Shown here: positions 47,250-57,183 of the stretch, one piece after another
How the letters are laid out: every line of letters begins with the position of its first letter
Numbering within the stretch: position 1 is the first letter of the stretch
Assembly (NCBI GenBank): GCA_030697825.1
Contig: JAUYOW010000135.1
Span: 8,556-72,555, forward strand
Length of the DNA: 64,000 nucleotides
Direction of reading: 5' to 3'
DNA from: Gemmatimonadales bacterium
GTDB taxonomy: Bacteria; Gemmatimonadota; Gemmatimonadetes; Gemmatimonadales; JACORV01
Made by a program: the position numbers and the translations under genes
Notes under the pieces: generated by a model
Databases searched by the model: none
What the model saw: the letters and a program-made list of their open reading frames with translations, nothing else
Told to the model about the DNA's origin: nothing

Positions 47250-48494
47250 CTAGGCGACGACGAATTCCAGTGTCCCGTGCGCCGATCGAAGCGCCCGCGT
47301 GACGGCTTCGGGCGTGTCACCGCGCGCGAAGATGAATCCCGGGTAGCGCGAGCCCTCCGGCAGGGGCACGAGCCGCTGGCCCCGATGGGCGGTGATCACG
47401 ACATCGTCCACGCCTGGCACGGCGCGCGCCTCGTCCACTCCGCGCACTTCCGTTAGGACGCCCGCCCTCGGGGTCGGGATCATCATGACCCCCGACGCCG
47501 CGCGCTCCCGCTCGAACGACGCGATGGGCAGGCCGAGCGCGTGGCGGAGCAGCAGCTCCTCCAGCGACGACGACCCCTTCCCCTCACCGAAACGCAGCAC
47601 CGCTCCGCACCGCCCGCCGATCGGGCGCGCGGCGACCTCGATCACCCACGGCCCACGTTCGTTGACGCGCAGCTCGGCGTGGATCGGCCCGCTGGTGAGT
47701 CCGAGTGCCAAGGCCGCGCGCTCGGCGCATTCAGCGATGGCGCGCTGCGAGGCATCCGGCAATCGGCTCGGAGTCACGTAGATCGTCTCCTCGAAGAACG
47801 GCCCGTCCAGCGGATCGGGCTTGTCGAACAAGGCGAGGAGACGCAGCCGGCCCTCGGCTAACAGCCCTTCGAGCGCGACCTCCCCACCGGGAACGAACTC
47901 TTCGACGAGGATCTGCCGCGCCGGCTCGCCGCACGCCGCCGCTTCGGGCTCTTCCAGGATACGCACGATGCGTTGGAACGCGGTGACCAACTCCGCGGGG
48001 TCGTTCGCCCTGATCACGCCACGGCTGGCCGCGAGGCGCAGCGGCTTCAAGACGCACGGGTATCTCGCCTCGCGCGCGACCTGCGCCGCATCGGCCGTGA
48101 CCGCGTGCAGCGCGAAAGCGGGCACCGGGAGTCCCGCGTGCGTCAGGAGGACCCGCTGCCGGTGCTTGTCGCGCGCCGCGAACGTCGCGGGAACGGGGTT
48201 GTGCCGAAGACCCAACGCTTCGGCGATCACGGCGGCGACCACCGCCGTGTCGTCATCGACGCCGAAGACCGCGTCCACCGGGTGCGTCGCCGCGAACCCG
48301 CGCACCTCGCCGGCGGCGCGTTCGGGGTGGGCGAAATCGAGCGCCATCAGCCCAGTCGGCTGCGCGGCCGCGAACACGCTAACATGGTCCGACGCCACGG
48401 TAAGGTCGATGTCGAGCCGCCGCGCGGCCTCGACGAACGCCGCGGCACGGTAGGTGGTGGTGGGTAGCAGGAGCAGCAGGCGTGGGCGCGCCAC
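47250..48494 (-). CDS. ATP-grasp domain protein (L-amino-acid-ligase-like); alternative start 48554
   Basis: ...AARDKHRQRVLLTHAGLPVPAF...YPCVLKPLRLAASRGVIRA...ILVEEFVPGGEVALEGLL...HAELRVNERGPWVIEVAARPIGG is a typical ATP-grasp core. GTG 48494 avoids overlap with nifU. Confidence 0.75.
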   Translation of the reverse strand: MARPRLLLLLPTTTYRAAAFVEAARRLDIDLTVASDHVSVFAAAQPTGLMALDFAHPERAAGEVRGFAATHPVDAVFGVDDDTAVVAAVIAEALGLRHNPVPATFAARDKHRQRVLLTHAGLPVPAFALHAVTADAAQVAREARYPCVLKPLRLAASRGVIRANDPAELVTAFQRIVRILEEPEAAACGEPARQILVEEFVPGGEVALEGLLAEGRLRLLALFDKPDPLDGPFFEETIYVTPSRLPDASQRAIAECAERAALALGLTSGPIHAELRVNERGPWVIEVAARPIGGRCGAVLRFGEGKGSSSLEELLLRHALGLPIASFERERAASGVMMIPTPRAGVLTEVRGVDEARAVPGVDDVVITAHRGQRLVPLPEGSRYPGFIFARGDTPEAVTRALRSAHGTLEFVVA

Positions 48495-48519
48495 GTCGGG
48501 CCTCGGCGCGGCGGCCGGG

Positions 48520-49116
48520 CTACTTCTTGGCCGACGCGATGTACGGGTTGGCACCCGAGGAATGGTCCGTGACGTCCACGATGCCCTGGACCTCGGGAAC
48601 GGACTGACGGAGGATCTGCTCGATCCCCTGACGCAGGGTTACGTCGGCCATGCCACATCCCTGGCAGCCGCCGGCCATCCTGAGCAGGACCGTCGCATCC
48701 TGCACGTCGATCAGGTCCACCCGTCCGCCGTGACCGGCCACCATCGGGTTGACCCGTGACTGGAAGACCTCGGCGACCCGTTCGTACAGCGCCTCGTCGT
48801 CCGTGGGACCTGCCGCCGCGGCCTTCTCCGCGACCGGGGTCGCATCGGAGGCGAGCGCGGAACGGATCGCGCCGCCCACCGCCTTGCCGACCACCTGCCA
48901 AGGCGCCGGACCAGCCTTCACGACCGTGACCAGGTTGGCCGAGACGATGACCTCCGCGACGCCCGCTATGGCGAAGAGGTTCTCCGCCAGCGGCGACCCC
49001 TGCGCTTCCGAGGCTGAGCCGAACCGGCGCACACCCCCCGGGTAGAGAGGTTGGCTTACCACGAACTTGCAACGCTGGTCGTCGATCGGCTCGGCGGTGA
49101 TGCGAATCTCGTCCAT
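48520..49116 (-). CDS. NifU/Nfu-type Fe-S cluster assembly protein (scaffold-N domain plus NifU C-terminal domain)
   Basis: Track ORF trimmed to ATG 49116 (MDEIRITAEP...). C-terminal domain has the motif GGCQGCGMADVTL. Confidence 0.85.
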   Translation of the reverse strand: MDEIRITAEPIDDQRCKFVVSQPLYPGGVRRFGSASEAQGSPLAENLFAIAGVAEVIVSANLVTVVKAGPAPWQVVGKAVGGAIRSALASDATPVAEKAAAAGPTDDEALYERVAEVFQSRVNPMVAGHGGRVDLIDVQDATVLLRMAGGCQGCGMADVTLRQGIEQILRQSVPEVQGIVDVTDHSSGANPYIASAKK

Positions 49117-49163
49117 GGGGGAAGTATCGGGGTTTCCGCGGCGGGGGTCAATCTTGGCGCGGC

Positions 49164-49957
49164 CTACAGCTTCATCCTGCGCACCAGCTCCTGGAACCGC
49201 GGATGGGAGCGCAGGGGATCGACGACCGGGTGCACCTTCAAGTACGCCATCCAGCCGCGACGCTCCTCGAAGGCCCGCTCCGACCACAGCAGCGCCCGAT
49301 CGAAGTCGCCGAGCCCGATGTAGAGCAGGGCGAACGCCACCGGGGAGACGTATTCCCGCCCGCTCCGTTCCACGAGCTGCGCGAGGATCGCCGCCGCCTC
49401 GTCGCGCTTGCCCGCCCGCGCGAGAACATGGCCCAGGTTCGCCGCCGCGTACGCGCCCGCCCCCGGCAATCCGGCCGCCTCGCGCAGCACGCGCTCGGCC
49501 TCCTCGAAGCGACCCAGCTCGGCGAAGGTCAGCCCGAGGATGCGGTAGGTCTCCTCGGCCGTCGGGTTCATCGCGATGGCGCGCGTGAAGTGATAGCGCG
49601 CCTGGTCGTAGCGCCGCCCGTAGTAGTACAACCACCCCAGCCCGCGCCTCACGGAGACCGATGCCGGGTCCTGCTCGAGCGCGGTGTGCCCTTCAGGCCG
49701 TCCGCGTCGCCGGAATCGATGAGCGGCACGAGGTGCGGATGCGAGAGCTGGGCGGCGATGCCGATCTCTCGGAGGAACCGCTCGGCACCGACCGAGGCCC
49801 CCAGCTCGGGACGAAGCACCTTGATGGCGACCTCCCGCCCATGCTTCAGGTCGTCCGCCAGATACACGGTCGCCATGCCTCCGGCGCCGAGCTCGCGGCC
49901 CAGCCGATAGCGCGCCGCGAGCGCGGCCTTCAGCCGTGCGTGGGTGGAGTCGGGCAT
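49164..49957 (-). pseudogene. Relic of a Ser/Thr protein kinase-TPR gene (kinase N-lobe only, internal deletion plus frameshift, then TPR repeats)
   Basis: Frame A from ATG 49957: ...[30 protein letters not shown]...[15 protein letters not shown], after which homology stops (~49695). Frame B from ~49679: TPR-like ...GWLYYYGRRYDQARYHFTRAIAMNP...FEEAERVLREA... through to stop 49164. Confidence 0.6.
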
Positions 49958-50060
49958 GGCGCGCCAAAGATGCCGCCAACCGGGATGAGCGCGCCACCAG
50001 CGCGGAGCTCGGGTCTGTGCCTCGAGGCACCGCCGAGCGCGGGACGGGGATCGGGAAATC

Positions 50061-51188
50061 TCACAACCTCTGGGCGCGGAACGGCGCCAGATCGAACCGC
50101 GGCGACGCCCCCGTCGCGAGGTCGGCAAGGATCTCGCCGACCGCCGGCGCGAACTTGAACCCGATGCCCGAACACGCGCTGGCGAGCAGCACGTTCCGGT
50201 GCTCGGGATGCTGATCGATGATGAAGCCGCCGTCAGTCGGGTTGGTGTACATGCACACCTCCGACCGCAGGTGCTCGCCCGCCGCCGCAGGGATGTAGCG
50301 CGCCAGCCGGTCGCGGGTCTGCGCGACTTCCTCGCTTCCCACCTCGCGCCGCACCGTGTCGGCCGTGGTGGACTCGCCGCGGTGGTGCACCGCGGCCTTC
50401 ATGGCGCCGTCGAGCAGCGGGAAACCGTAGCAGATGACCCCGGCCGAGTCCTCGCAAAGGTAGACCGGGAATCGCGCTGGGCCCAGCAGGTGCTCGTCGC
50501 GCGCGGGCGCGAACCAGTGCTGAACTACCCGCTCGACCGTGACGGTCACGCCGATGTCGCTCAGCACCTCGGCCATCCAGGGCCCGGTCGCCAGCACGAG
50601 CCGCTCCGCGCGGTAGGTCTGCCGAGTAGTGAGTACCCACACCGCCCCGTCGGCCTCCTCACCCCAGGCGATCATCGGCTCGTCGAAACACAGCTCGACG
50701 CCGGGCCGGGATGCGGCCGCGGTGAGCATCGTTTCCACGCACGCCTCCGGCCAGAGCACCCCGGCACGATTCTCGAACAGGCCGACCATCCCGTCCGGCC
50801 TGAACGCGGGCCACCGCCGGCAGACCTCCGCCGCCGACAGCTCCTCGCAGGGGACGTCATGCGCCGCGGCGCTGGCGCGCGAGCCGGCCACGATCGACGA
50901 CTCCGGCGCGCCGAGGTACAGGGCGCCCGTCGGGATCAGCAGGTCGCCACGGCCGGACTCGGCCGCGAGCTCGTCCCACAGCTCGTAGCCGCGCCGCGCC
51001 ATCGGCACATACCGCGGGTGCTCGAACGCCAGCTCGCGGATGACTCGCGATCCCCCGTGCGAGGAGCCGAGCGCGTGCGGCGGCCGGTAACGGTCGAGGC
51101 CGAGCACCTTGAGGCCCCGGCCTGCCATCTGCCACGCGGCGGCGCTGCCGATCGCGCCGAGGCCCGCGACGATGACGTCGTACGTCAC
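50061..51188 (-). CDS. FAD-dependent N-methyl-L-tryptophan / monomeric sarcosine oxidase-like oxidoreductase
   Basis: Track ORF trimmed to GTG 51188 ([25 protein letters not shown]...). DAO family, with a C-terminal ...[16 protein letters not shown]... as in SolA/MSOX. Confidence 0.8.
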   Translation of the reverse strand: MTYDVIVAGLGAIGSAAAWQMAGRGLKVLGLDRYRPPHALGSSHGGSRVIRELAFEHPRYVPMARRGYELWDELAAESGRGDLLIPTGALYLGAPESSIVAGSRASAAAHDVPCEELSAAEVCRRWPAFRPDGMVGLFENRAGVLWPEACVETMLTAAASRPGVELCFDEPMIAWGEEADGAVWVLTTRQTYRAERLVLATGPWMAEVLSDIGVTVTVERVVQHWFAPARDEHLLGPARFPVYLCEDSAGVICYGFPLLDGAMKAAVHHRGESTTADTVRREVGSEEVAQTRDRLARYIPAAAGEHLRSEVCMYTNPTDGGFIIDQHPEHRNVLLASACSGIGFKFAPAVGEILADLATGASPRFDLAPFRAQRL

Positions 51189-51229
51189 ACGCCCCCACGA
51201 GGAAGACCGTACCCTTGAATCGCCGGCGG

Positions 51230-51388
51230 CTAGAAGATCGGATAGATGAACGGCGCGAGCGCCGAACCCTGGGCGAAGACGAGCAGCGCGCCGACCAGGA
51301 GCATCACCACCAGGATCGGCAGCAACCACCACTTCTTGCGCACCTTCATGAACGCCCACAGCTCGCCCAGCATTCCCTTCCTGGCCAT
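51230..51388 (-). CDS. Small membrane protein, DUF5989 / SxtK-like (52 aa; below the ORF-track cutoff)
   Basis: Translated by hand: MARKGMLGELWAFMKVRKKWWLLPILVVMLLVGALLVFAQGSALAPFIYPIF. The ATG lies 9 nt after the SxtJ-like stop. This small ORF typically accompanies carbamoyltransferase-SxtJ pairs. Confidence 0.7.
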   Translation of the reverse strand: MARKGMLGELWAFMKVRKKWWLLPILVVMLLVGALLVFAQGSALAPFIYPIF

Positions 51389-51397
51389 GATACCGTC

Positions 51398-51844
51398 CTA
51401 GAATTGACGTTGCATGTCGCCCTTGCGCTGCCCGCGCGCGGCCCAGACGGAGCCGCCGCTCTGGTTGGCGACGAGCGGGTTCTTTCCGAAGAGCCGCATC
51501 ACGATCCCGATCGGCAGGAGCACGAGGAAATACACGATGCCCATGAAGATCGGCGTCGTGACCTTCGAGATCGCGTGGGCAAGCCCCATCCACGCGCGCT
51601 GGACCGGCCCCAGCTGCGTCGGGAGCGCGAGGCCCGCGAAGACCAGCAACGCCCCGAGGACGGCGAAGACGGCCGAGAGAGTGTGTCGCCCGCCCCATGC
51701 GGGCGGGGCCGAGAAGATCGCCGAAAGCGCGTGCTGCGCGCGCCACCACACCAGGCCGGCGAGCACCATGAAGGCGATGCCCACCGTGAGCCCGAACTTC
51801 CGCCCCTCCGCGGGGGTCAGTCGAGCTGGAATTCGCTCCGCCAA
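51398..51844 (-). CDS. SxtJ-like membrane protein; start tentative (TTG 51844 preceded by AAGGAG)
   Basis: This is the tail of track ORF 51398..52744: ...RKFGLTVGIAFMVLAGLVWW...VFAVLGALLVFAGLALP...TTPIFMGIVYFLVLLPIGIVMRLFGKNPL. It overlaps the carbamoyltransferase stop by 28 nt. Confidence 0.65.
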   Translation of the reverse strand: MAERIPARLTPAEGRKFGLTVGIAFMVLAGLVWWRAQHALSAIFSAPPAWGGRHTLSAVFAVLGALLVFAGLALPTQLGPVQRAWMGLAHAISKVTTPIFMGIVYFLVLLPIGIVMRLFGKNPLVANQSGGSVWAARGQRKGDMQRQF

Positions 51845-53712
51845 TCCGACGTCTCCTTCCACTCCGGTTGGGTGGCCTTGTCGAGCAGGAACGGCCCCAG
51901 CACGAGATGGTCGATGTGAGTGCGCATGAAGCACTGGTACGCGTCCGCGGGCGTGCAAACGATGGGCTCGCCGCGGACGTTGAAGGAGGTGTTCACCACC
52001 ACCGGGCACCCGGTGAGCGTTTCGAACTGCTTTATCAGATCGTAGTAGTCCGGGTTCACGTCGTGATCGACCGTCTGCACCCGCGCCGAGTAGTCGATGT
52101 GCGTGATCGCGGGAACGTCCGACCTCGGCACGTTGAGCTGGTCGATGCCCCAGAGCTTGCGCTGTTCCGCGCTCATGGGGATCTGCCGCTCCTTCTTCAC
52201 CGGCGCCACCAGCAGCATGTAGGGCGAGTCGCAGTCCATCTCGAACCAGTCCTGCACCCGCTCGCGCAGCACGCTCGGCGCGAAGGGACGGAACCCTTCG
52301 CGGAACTTGATCTTGATGTTCATGTCGGCCTGCATCTTCGGGCTGCGCGGGTCGCCCAGGATGCTCCGACAACCCAGCGCCCGCGGCCCGAACTCCATCC
52401 GACCGTTGAACCAGCCGACGATCTTCTCGTGCGCGAGCAGCTTGGCGACGCGTCCGAGCAGCTCCTGACGCTCCAGCCGGACGTAGCCGGCTCCCTGCTT
52501 CTTGAGGAACCGCTCTATCTCCTCCGGCGTAAAGCCCGGGCCGAGGTAGGCGCCCTTCATGCTGTCCCTGCCCGGCGTCACGGTGCGCGGCTTCTGGCAG
52601 TAGCGGTGCCAGATCAGCTGCGCCACTCCGAGCGCGCCGCCGGCGTCGCCCGCGGCCGGCTGGATCCAGAGCCGCTTGAACGGGCCCTCGCGCAAGAGCT
52701 TCCCGTTGCCGACGCAGTTCAACGCGACGCCGCCCGCCAAGCACAGGTTTTCGAGTCCGGTCTCCCGATGCACCGTGCGCGCCATCCGCATCATGATCTC
52801 TTCCGTCACCTCCTGCACGGAGCGCGCGAGGTCCATCTCCTTCTGCGTAAGGTTCGTCTCAGGCACCCTCGGCGGCCCGCCGAACAGCTTGTCGAACTCG
52901 CCGTTCGTCATCGTGAGGCCGGAGAGGTAGTTGAAGTACTTCTGGTTCAACGTGAAGGAGCCGTCCTCCTTGAGGTCCACCAGCTCCTTGAAGATCAGGT
53001 CCACGTACTTGGGCTCTCCGTATGGCGCGAGGCCCATGACCTTGTACTCACCCGAGTTGACCTTGAAGCCCGTGTAGTAGGTGAACGCCGAGTAGAGGAG
53101 GCCGAGCGAGTCGGGCCAGCGCAGCTCCTTGAAGAGCTCGAGGTTGTTGCCGCGGCCGACACCGAAGGCCGCCGTCGCCCACTCCCCCACCCCGTCCATG
53201 GTGAGGATGGCCGCTTCCTCGAAGGGCGATGGGAAGAAGGCGCTCGCCGCGTGCGACTCGTGGTGCTCGGAGTAGAGGAGTTCCCCTTCGTAACCCAGCT
53301 CGTCTCGGAGCTGGTTCTCCAGGTAGAGTTTCTCCTTGATCCAGAGCGGCCCCGCCATCAGGAACGACTTGAAACCCCGGGGCGCCACGCCCAGGTAGGT
53401 CTCGAGGATCCGCTCGAACTTGAGCAGCGGCTTGTCGTAGAACCCGACGTACGCGAGATCCTGGGCCGTGATGCCCGCCGTGCGCAGGCAGTACTCGACC
53501 GCGCGCCTGGGATACGAGGCGTCACCTTTCTTGCGCGTGAACCGCTCTTCCGAGCCGGCGGCGAGGATCTCGCCGTCCCGGAGGATGCAGGCCGCGCTGT
53601 CATGGTAGAAGGCGGAAATGCCCAGAATATGCTGCTGGCCTGTCGCCAACGACGACGCCCCTATCGCTTGGTGGCCCGGACCCGCCCGGGTAGCAGCATG
53701 ACGCGGACTCAC
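51817..53712 (-). CDS. Carbamoyltransferase (NodU/CmcH/SxtI family); start uncertain (53712 or TTG 53649)
   Basis: ...ILGISAFYHDSAACILRDGEILAAGSEERFTRKK..., ...HHESHAASAF..., ...NTSFNVRGEPIV... are hallmark motifs. Confidence 0.9.
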   Translation of the reverse strand: MSPRHAATRAGPGHQAIGASSLATGQQHILGISAFYHDSAACILRDGEILAAGSEERFTRKKGDASYPRRAVEYCLRTAGITAQDLAYVGFYDKPLLKFERILETYLGVAPRGFKSFLMAGPLWIKEKLYLENQLRDELGYEGELLYSEHHESHAASAFFPSPFEEAAILTMDGVGEWATAAFGVGRGNNLELFKELRWPDSLGLLYSAFTYYTGFKVNSGEYKVMGLAPYGEPKYVDLIFKELVDLKEDGSFTLNQKYFNYLSGLTMTNGEFDKLFGGPPRVPETNLTQKEMDLARSVQEVTEEIMMRMARTVHRETGLENLCLAGGVALNCVGNGKLLREGPFKRLWIQPAAGDAGGALGVAQLIWHRYCQKPRTVTPGRDSMKGAYLGPGFTPEEIERFLKKQGAGYVRLERQELLGRVAKLLAHEKIVGWFNGRMEFGPRALGCRSILGDPRSPKMQADMNIKIKFREGFRPFAPSVLRERVQDWFEMDCDSPYMLLVAPVKKERQIPMSAEQRKLWGIDQLNVPRSDVPAITHIDYSARVQTVDHDVNPDYYDLIKQFETLTGCPVVVNTSFNVRGEPIVCTPADAYQCFMRTHIDHLVLGPFLLDKATQPEWKETSDWRSEFQLD

Positions 53713-54016
53713 CGGACGAGACCGCGGCCGCGACTAGACGACGGTGGGCCGTGTCGTGGTGGTAAAGATAGTCGAGAAGCTGGCGAAATGTCGCGGTCAA
53801 CCCGCCGGCGCGCCCGTGCAAAGCCCCAGGCCAGCGCGGCGGCTGCGTAGATCGTCCAGAGGATGGAGAGGCCGACCTGGCGCGCCCACTCCAGGCGGCT
53901 GGCAAGGGCGGTATCCCCGGCCCGTCAAGCGCCTGTCAAGGCCGCCGTTCTTGCGCAATCACCGGCCCGGTCATACGTTGGCACCAGTCAAACTTCCACA
54001 GCGGAGGCTGCCTCCC

Positions 54017-57000
54017 ATGTCACATCGCAAGGCCGTGCACTGGTATGCGTGTGCGCTGTCCATCGCCCTCTCCCTTCTCACCTTTCCCACTTCGCTGTCC
54101 GCGCAGTCCCAAGCCACGTCCGGCGTCATCCGCGGCGTGGTGCACGGGCCGGATGGGAACGTGGTGAACGGGGCGACGGTCGTGCTGCGCAACACCGAGA
54201 CCAACATCGAGCGCAGCGTGCCGACCAACGAGCGGGGCATCTTCGTCGCCTCGCTGCTGCCGGTGGGCACCTACAACGTCATCGCCCGCTCTCCGGGCTT
54301 CAGCGAGGCCCGGCGGCAGGGCGTGGCGCTGCGGCTGGGAGAGACGGTCTCGCTGGACCTGGCGCTCGGCGCGGTCACGCTGGCGCCGATCGAGGTCACC
54401 TCGACGCCGCCGGTGGTGGACCCGAGCCGGGTGGAAGCCTCGACGCGCCTCAGCGCCGACGAGGTCGCGGGCCTGCCCAACAACGGGCGCAACTACGTCA
54501 ACCTGATGACCCTCACGCCCAACGTGGCAATCGTGCAGGGCCCGGACGGCGACGAGATCTCCGTCAGCGGCCAGCGCGGCATCTACAACAACATTTCGGT
54601 GGACGGGGCGGATTTCAACAATCCGTTCTTCGGCGAGCAGCGCGGAGGCCAGCGGCCCCCGTTCACCTTCAACCTGGACGCGGTCCAGGAGATGGTGGTG
54701 ATCGCCGACGGGGCGAGCGCCGAGTTCGGGCGGTCGGGCGGCGGGTTCGTGAACGTCCTCACCAAGTCGGGCACCAATACGCTTCGCGGCACCGCGCACT
54801 ACTTCGGACAGTCGAACACCTTCTCGTCCGACCTCTTCCGCGGCCAAGGCAACCCCGACTTCTCCCAGCATCAGTTCGGCTTCACGCTGGGCGGACCGAT
54901 CATCCGGGACCGGGCGTTCTTCTTCGTCGCGTACGACCAGCAGATCGCCAGCGGGACCAAGCAGACCAGCCCGAGCCGGATCGACGCGTCGCTGCGGGCC
55001 TGGATGGACACCGCGTTCAGCGGAGCGCTGGCCGGCGACTACGACCCCATTGAGCGGACGAACAACGCGAACGCGCTGATGGTCAAGATCGACTGGCGCC
55101 TGAACCCAAGGCACAGCCTGGCGCTCAAGTACAACTACACCAACAGCCGGCAGGAGAACGGCACGTTCGACGTGGACACGTGGGCGCGCAGCGCCAACGC
55201 CGTCGAGCGCGACTACTCCAACGCGATCAACGGCAGCCTGGTGTCCCTCCTTTCGCCAACGATTTCGAACGAGTTCCGGTTCCAGTACTCCCGTGAGGAC
55301 CGGCCCCGCCCATACGAGGGCCCCGGCTTCCCAGGCACCAGCGGTGCGCTGTTCAACACCGGCACACGGCCGTTCCCCGACACCGGCGCCGACTTCGCCA
55401 ACGGCTATCGGTGGGGAATGCCGTTCTTCATCCCGATCACTGCGTACGACACTCGCATCCAGCTAATTGACAACCTGAGCGTGGCACGCGGCAGCCACCT
55501 GTGGAAGGCGGGCTTCGAGTACAACCGCACCGAGGCCAACCAGACGTTCATCGGTTTCGCCAACGGCCGGTACATCTTCGGCAGCGTACCCGGCTTCTTG
55601 AACTACGTCGCCCAGGGCCCGACCTACGTCGAGTGCGATGACGGCACGTCGAACAACACCGGGTCGTGCGGCGCCGCCAACATCACCGGCCCGCTCCTGC
55701 TCTTCCTCCAGTTCGCGCCGGTTCAGGCGGGCACCTCGGTCCGGGACGCGGGCACGCAGTCCATCGTGCAGACCGAGTTGGCGGTCTTCCTACAGGACAC
55801 GTGGCGGCCGCGACCCAACCTGACCGTGAACTACGGCCTAAGGTGGGAAGCGCAGATCCAACCAGACCCGATCACCCCGCCCGGGACGGTGTTCTATCAG
55901 CCGTTCATCGCGGCGCGGGCCTCGGGCAACACGTTTCCCTCGGACGGCACCATCCCGGCCGACTGGAAGATGTTCCAGCCGCGGCTGGGCATCGCGTGGG
56001 ACGTGAACAACAACGGACGGCAGGTGGTCCGAGCCAGCGCGGGCATCTATGCCGCGCGCTCGCCCGGCCTGATCTTCGCCAGCACGCGTACCAGCAACGG
56101 CTCGATCGGGCAGACGGTCTTCCAGGCGAGCTTCTTCAACGGCTTCGGTGCCATCCCGCCGGTCTACGGGCCGACGCTGCCGAGCTTCGGCACCGGCACG
56201 CCCACGCGGCCGGGCATCTTCGTAACGGACGCCGATTTCCAGAACCCGCGCACCTACGCCATCAACCTGGCCTACGAACGCGAGCTCCGGCCCGGCCTGG
56301 CTGGTTCCGTCAGCTACGCCATGGCAGCCACCAACAACCTGAACCGGTTCATCGACCGGAATGACGCGGTCTTCGGAAGCCCCTACACGAATTTCCCCGG
56401 CACCACGGCCAACGGACTCGGGGGCGTGACGGTGCTCGAGAGCTCGGCGAAGTCGCGCTATCACGGCTTCACCGCGTCGCTGCACGGCTCGATGACGAGC
56501 CGGGTGGACTTCCAGGCCAACTATACGCTGTCGTTCGACAAGTCCGACGACGACAACGAGCGCGACCCGTTCAGCTTCCGCTATGCTAAGGCCAACCGCC
56601 TCGAGCGCGAGTACAACTGGTCCGACCGCGACCAGCGGCACCGGGTCAACATTTGGGTGCTCGAACGGTTGCCATGGGATCTGTTCCTCAACCATCGCAT
56701 CAGCTTCTACTCGAAGCAGCCGACGTCCGACGCGTGCGGCACGAACAACCAGGGCACCGGCCAGCCGGCGGTGACACCGGGGGACCGAGTTTGCCGAGAT
56801 GCTGGCGGGACCGAGACCGGCGTGGTCCTCCAGCGCAACACGCTCCGGAAGGACAACGCGTTCTTCCAGTGGGACCTGCGGATCTCGCGTCCGTTCCGCG
56901 TGGGCACCTCCCAGCGCGCCGAGGTGATCCTCGAAGTCTTCAACGTGACCAACACCTTCAACCTCCGGAACCCCAGCGCGCCGGGGCTACTGTTCAACTT

Positions 57001-57070
57001 CGACGGCACGATCCGTAGTGGCCTGGGCGATCCGCGACGGTTGCAGGGCGGATTGCGGTGGGAGTTCTAG
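54017..57070 (+). CDS. TonB-dependent outer-membrane receptor with N-terminal carboxypeptidase-regulatory-like domain (Oar-like)
   Basis: Track ORF 53744..57070 trimmed to ATG 54017 (MSHRKAVHWYACALSIALSLL...). Signal peptide, SGVIRGVVHGPDGNVVNGATVVLRN... (CarbopepD_reg), a plug-like region, and a beta-barrel ending in the aromatic ...GLRWEF. Confidence 0.85.
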   Translation: MSHRKAVHWYACALSIALSLLTFPTSLSAQSQATSGVIRGVVHGPDGNVVNGATVVLRNTETNIERSVPTNERGIFVASLLPVGTYNVIARSPGFSEARRQGVALRLGETVSLDLALGAVTLAPIEVTSTPPVVDPSRVEASTRLSADEVAGLPNNGRNYVNLMTLTPNVAIVQGPDGDEISVSGQRGIYNNISVDGADFNNPFFGEQRGGQRPPFTFNLDAVQEMVVIADGASAEFGRSGGGFVNVLTKSGTNTLRGTAHYFGQSNTFSSDLFRGQGNPDFSQHQFGFTLGGPIIRDRAFFFVAYDQQIASGTKQTSPSRIDASLRAWMDTAFSGALAGDYDPIERTNNANALMVKIDWRLNPRHSLALKYNYTNSRQENGTFDVDTWARSANAVERDYSNAINGSLVSLLSPTISNEFRFQYSREDRPRPYEGPGFPGTSGALFNTGTRPFPDTGADFANGYRWGMPFFIPITAYDTRIQLIDNLSVARGSHLWKAGFEYNRTEANQTFIGFANGRYIFGSVPGFLNYVAQGPTYVECDDGTSNNTGSCGAANITGPLLLFLQFAPVQAGTSVRDAGTQSIVQTELAVFLQDTWRPRPNLTVNYGLRWEAQIQPDPITPPGTVFYQPFIAARASGNTFPSDGTIPADWKMFQPRLGIAWDVNNNGRQVVRASAGIYAARSPGLIFASTRTSNGSIGQTVFQASFFNGFGAIPPVYGPTLPSFGTGTPTRPGIFVTDADFQNPRTYAINLAYERELRPGLAGSVSYAMAATNNLNRFIDRNDAVFGSPYTNFPGTTANGLGGVTVLESSAKSRYHGFTASLHGSMTSRVDFQANYTLSFDKSDDDNERDPFSFRYAKANRLEREYNWSDRDQRHRVNIWVLERLPWDLFLNHRISFYSKQPTSDACGTNNQGTGQPAVTPGDRVCRDAGGTETGVVLQRNTLRKDNAFFQWDLRISRPFRVGTSQRAEVILEVFNVTNTFNLRNPSAPGLLFNFDGTIRSGLGDPRRLQGGLRWEF

Positions 57071-57132
57071 ATTAGACTCAGAAGGAAGAGTTGCAGGATC
57101 GAGAGTTGCAGGAAAAAAGCGAAGACGTCGGA

Positions 57133-57160
57133 GGGCCCGGTGAGCAACCCGGGCCCTTTG
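57133..57160 (+). terminator. Rho-independent terminator after the TonB-dependent receptor gene
   Basis: GGGCCCGG (57133-40) / CCGGGCCC (57149-56) with an 8-nt loop, followed by TTTGG. Confidence 0.6.
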
Positions 57161-57183
57161 GCTTCAGCGGCCGCGCGGCGCGG

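Noticed and set aside
51868-53850. 660-aa ORF on the + strand
   Set aside because: It is antisense to the carbamoyltransferase, whose motifs are clear on the minus strand.
57088-57113. Direct repeat GAGTTGCAGGA x2 (period 15) after the TonB-dependent receptor stop
   Set aside because: There are only two short copies in a 3' UTR just before a good terminator. That is too little to call a regulatory site.
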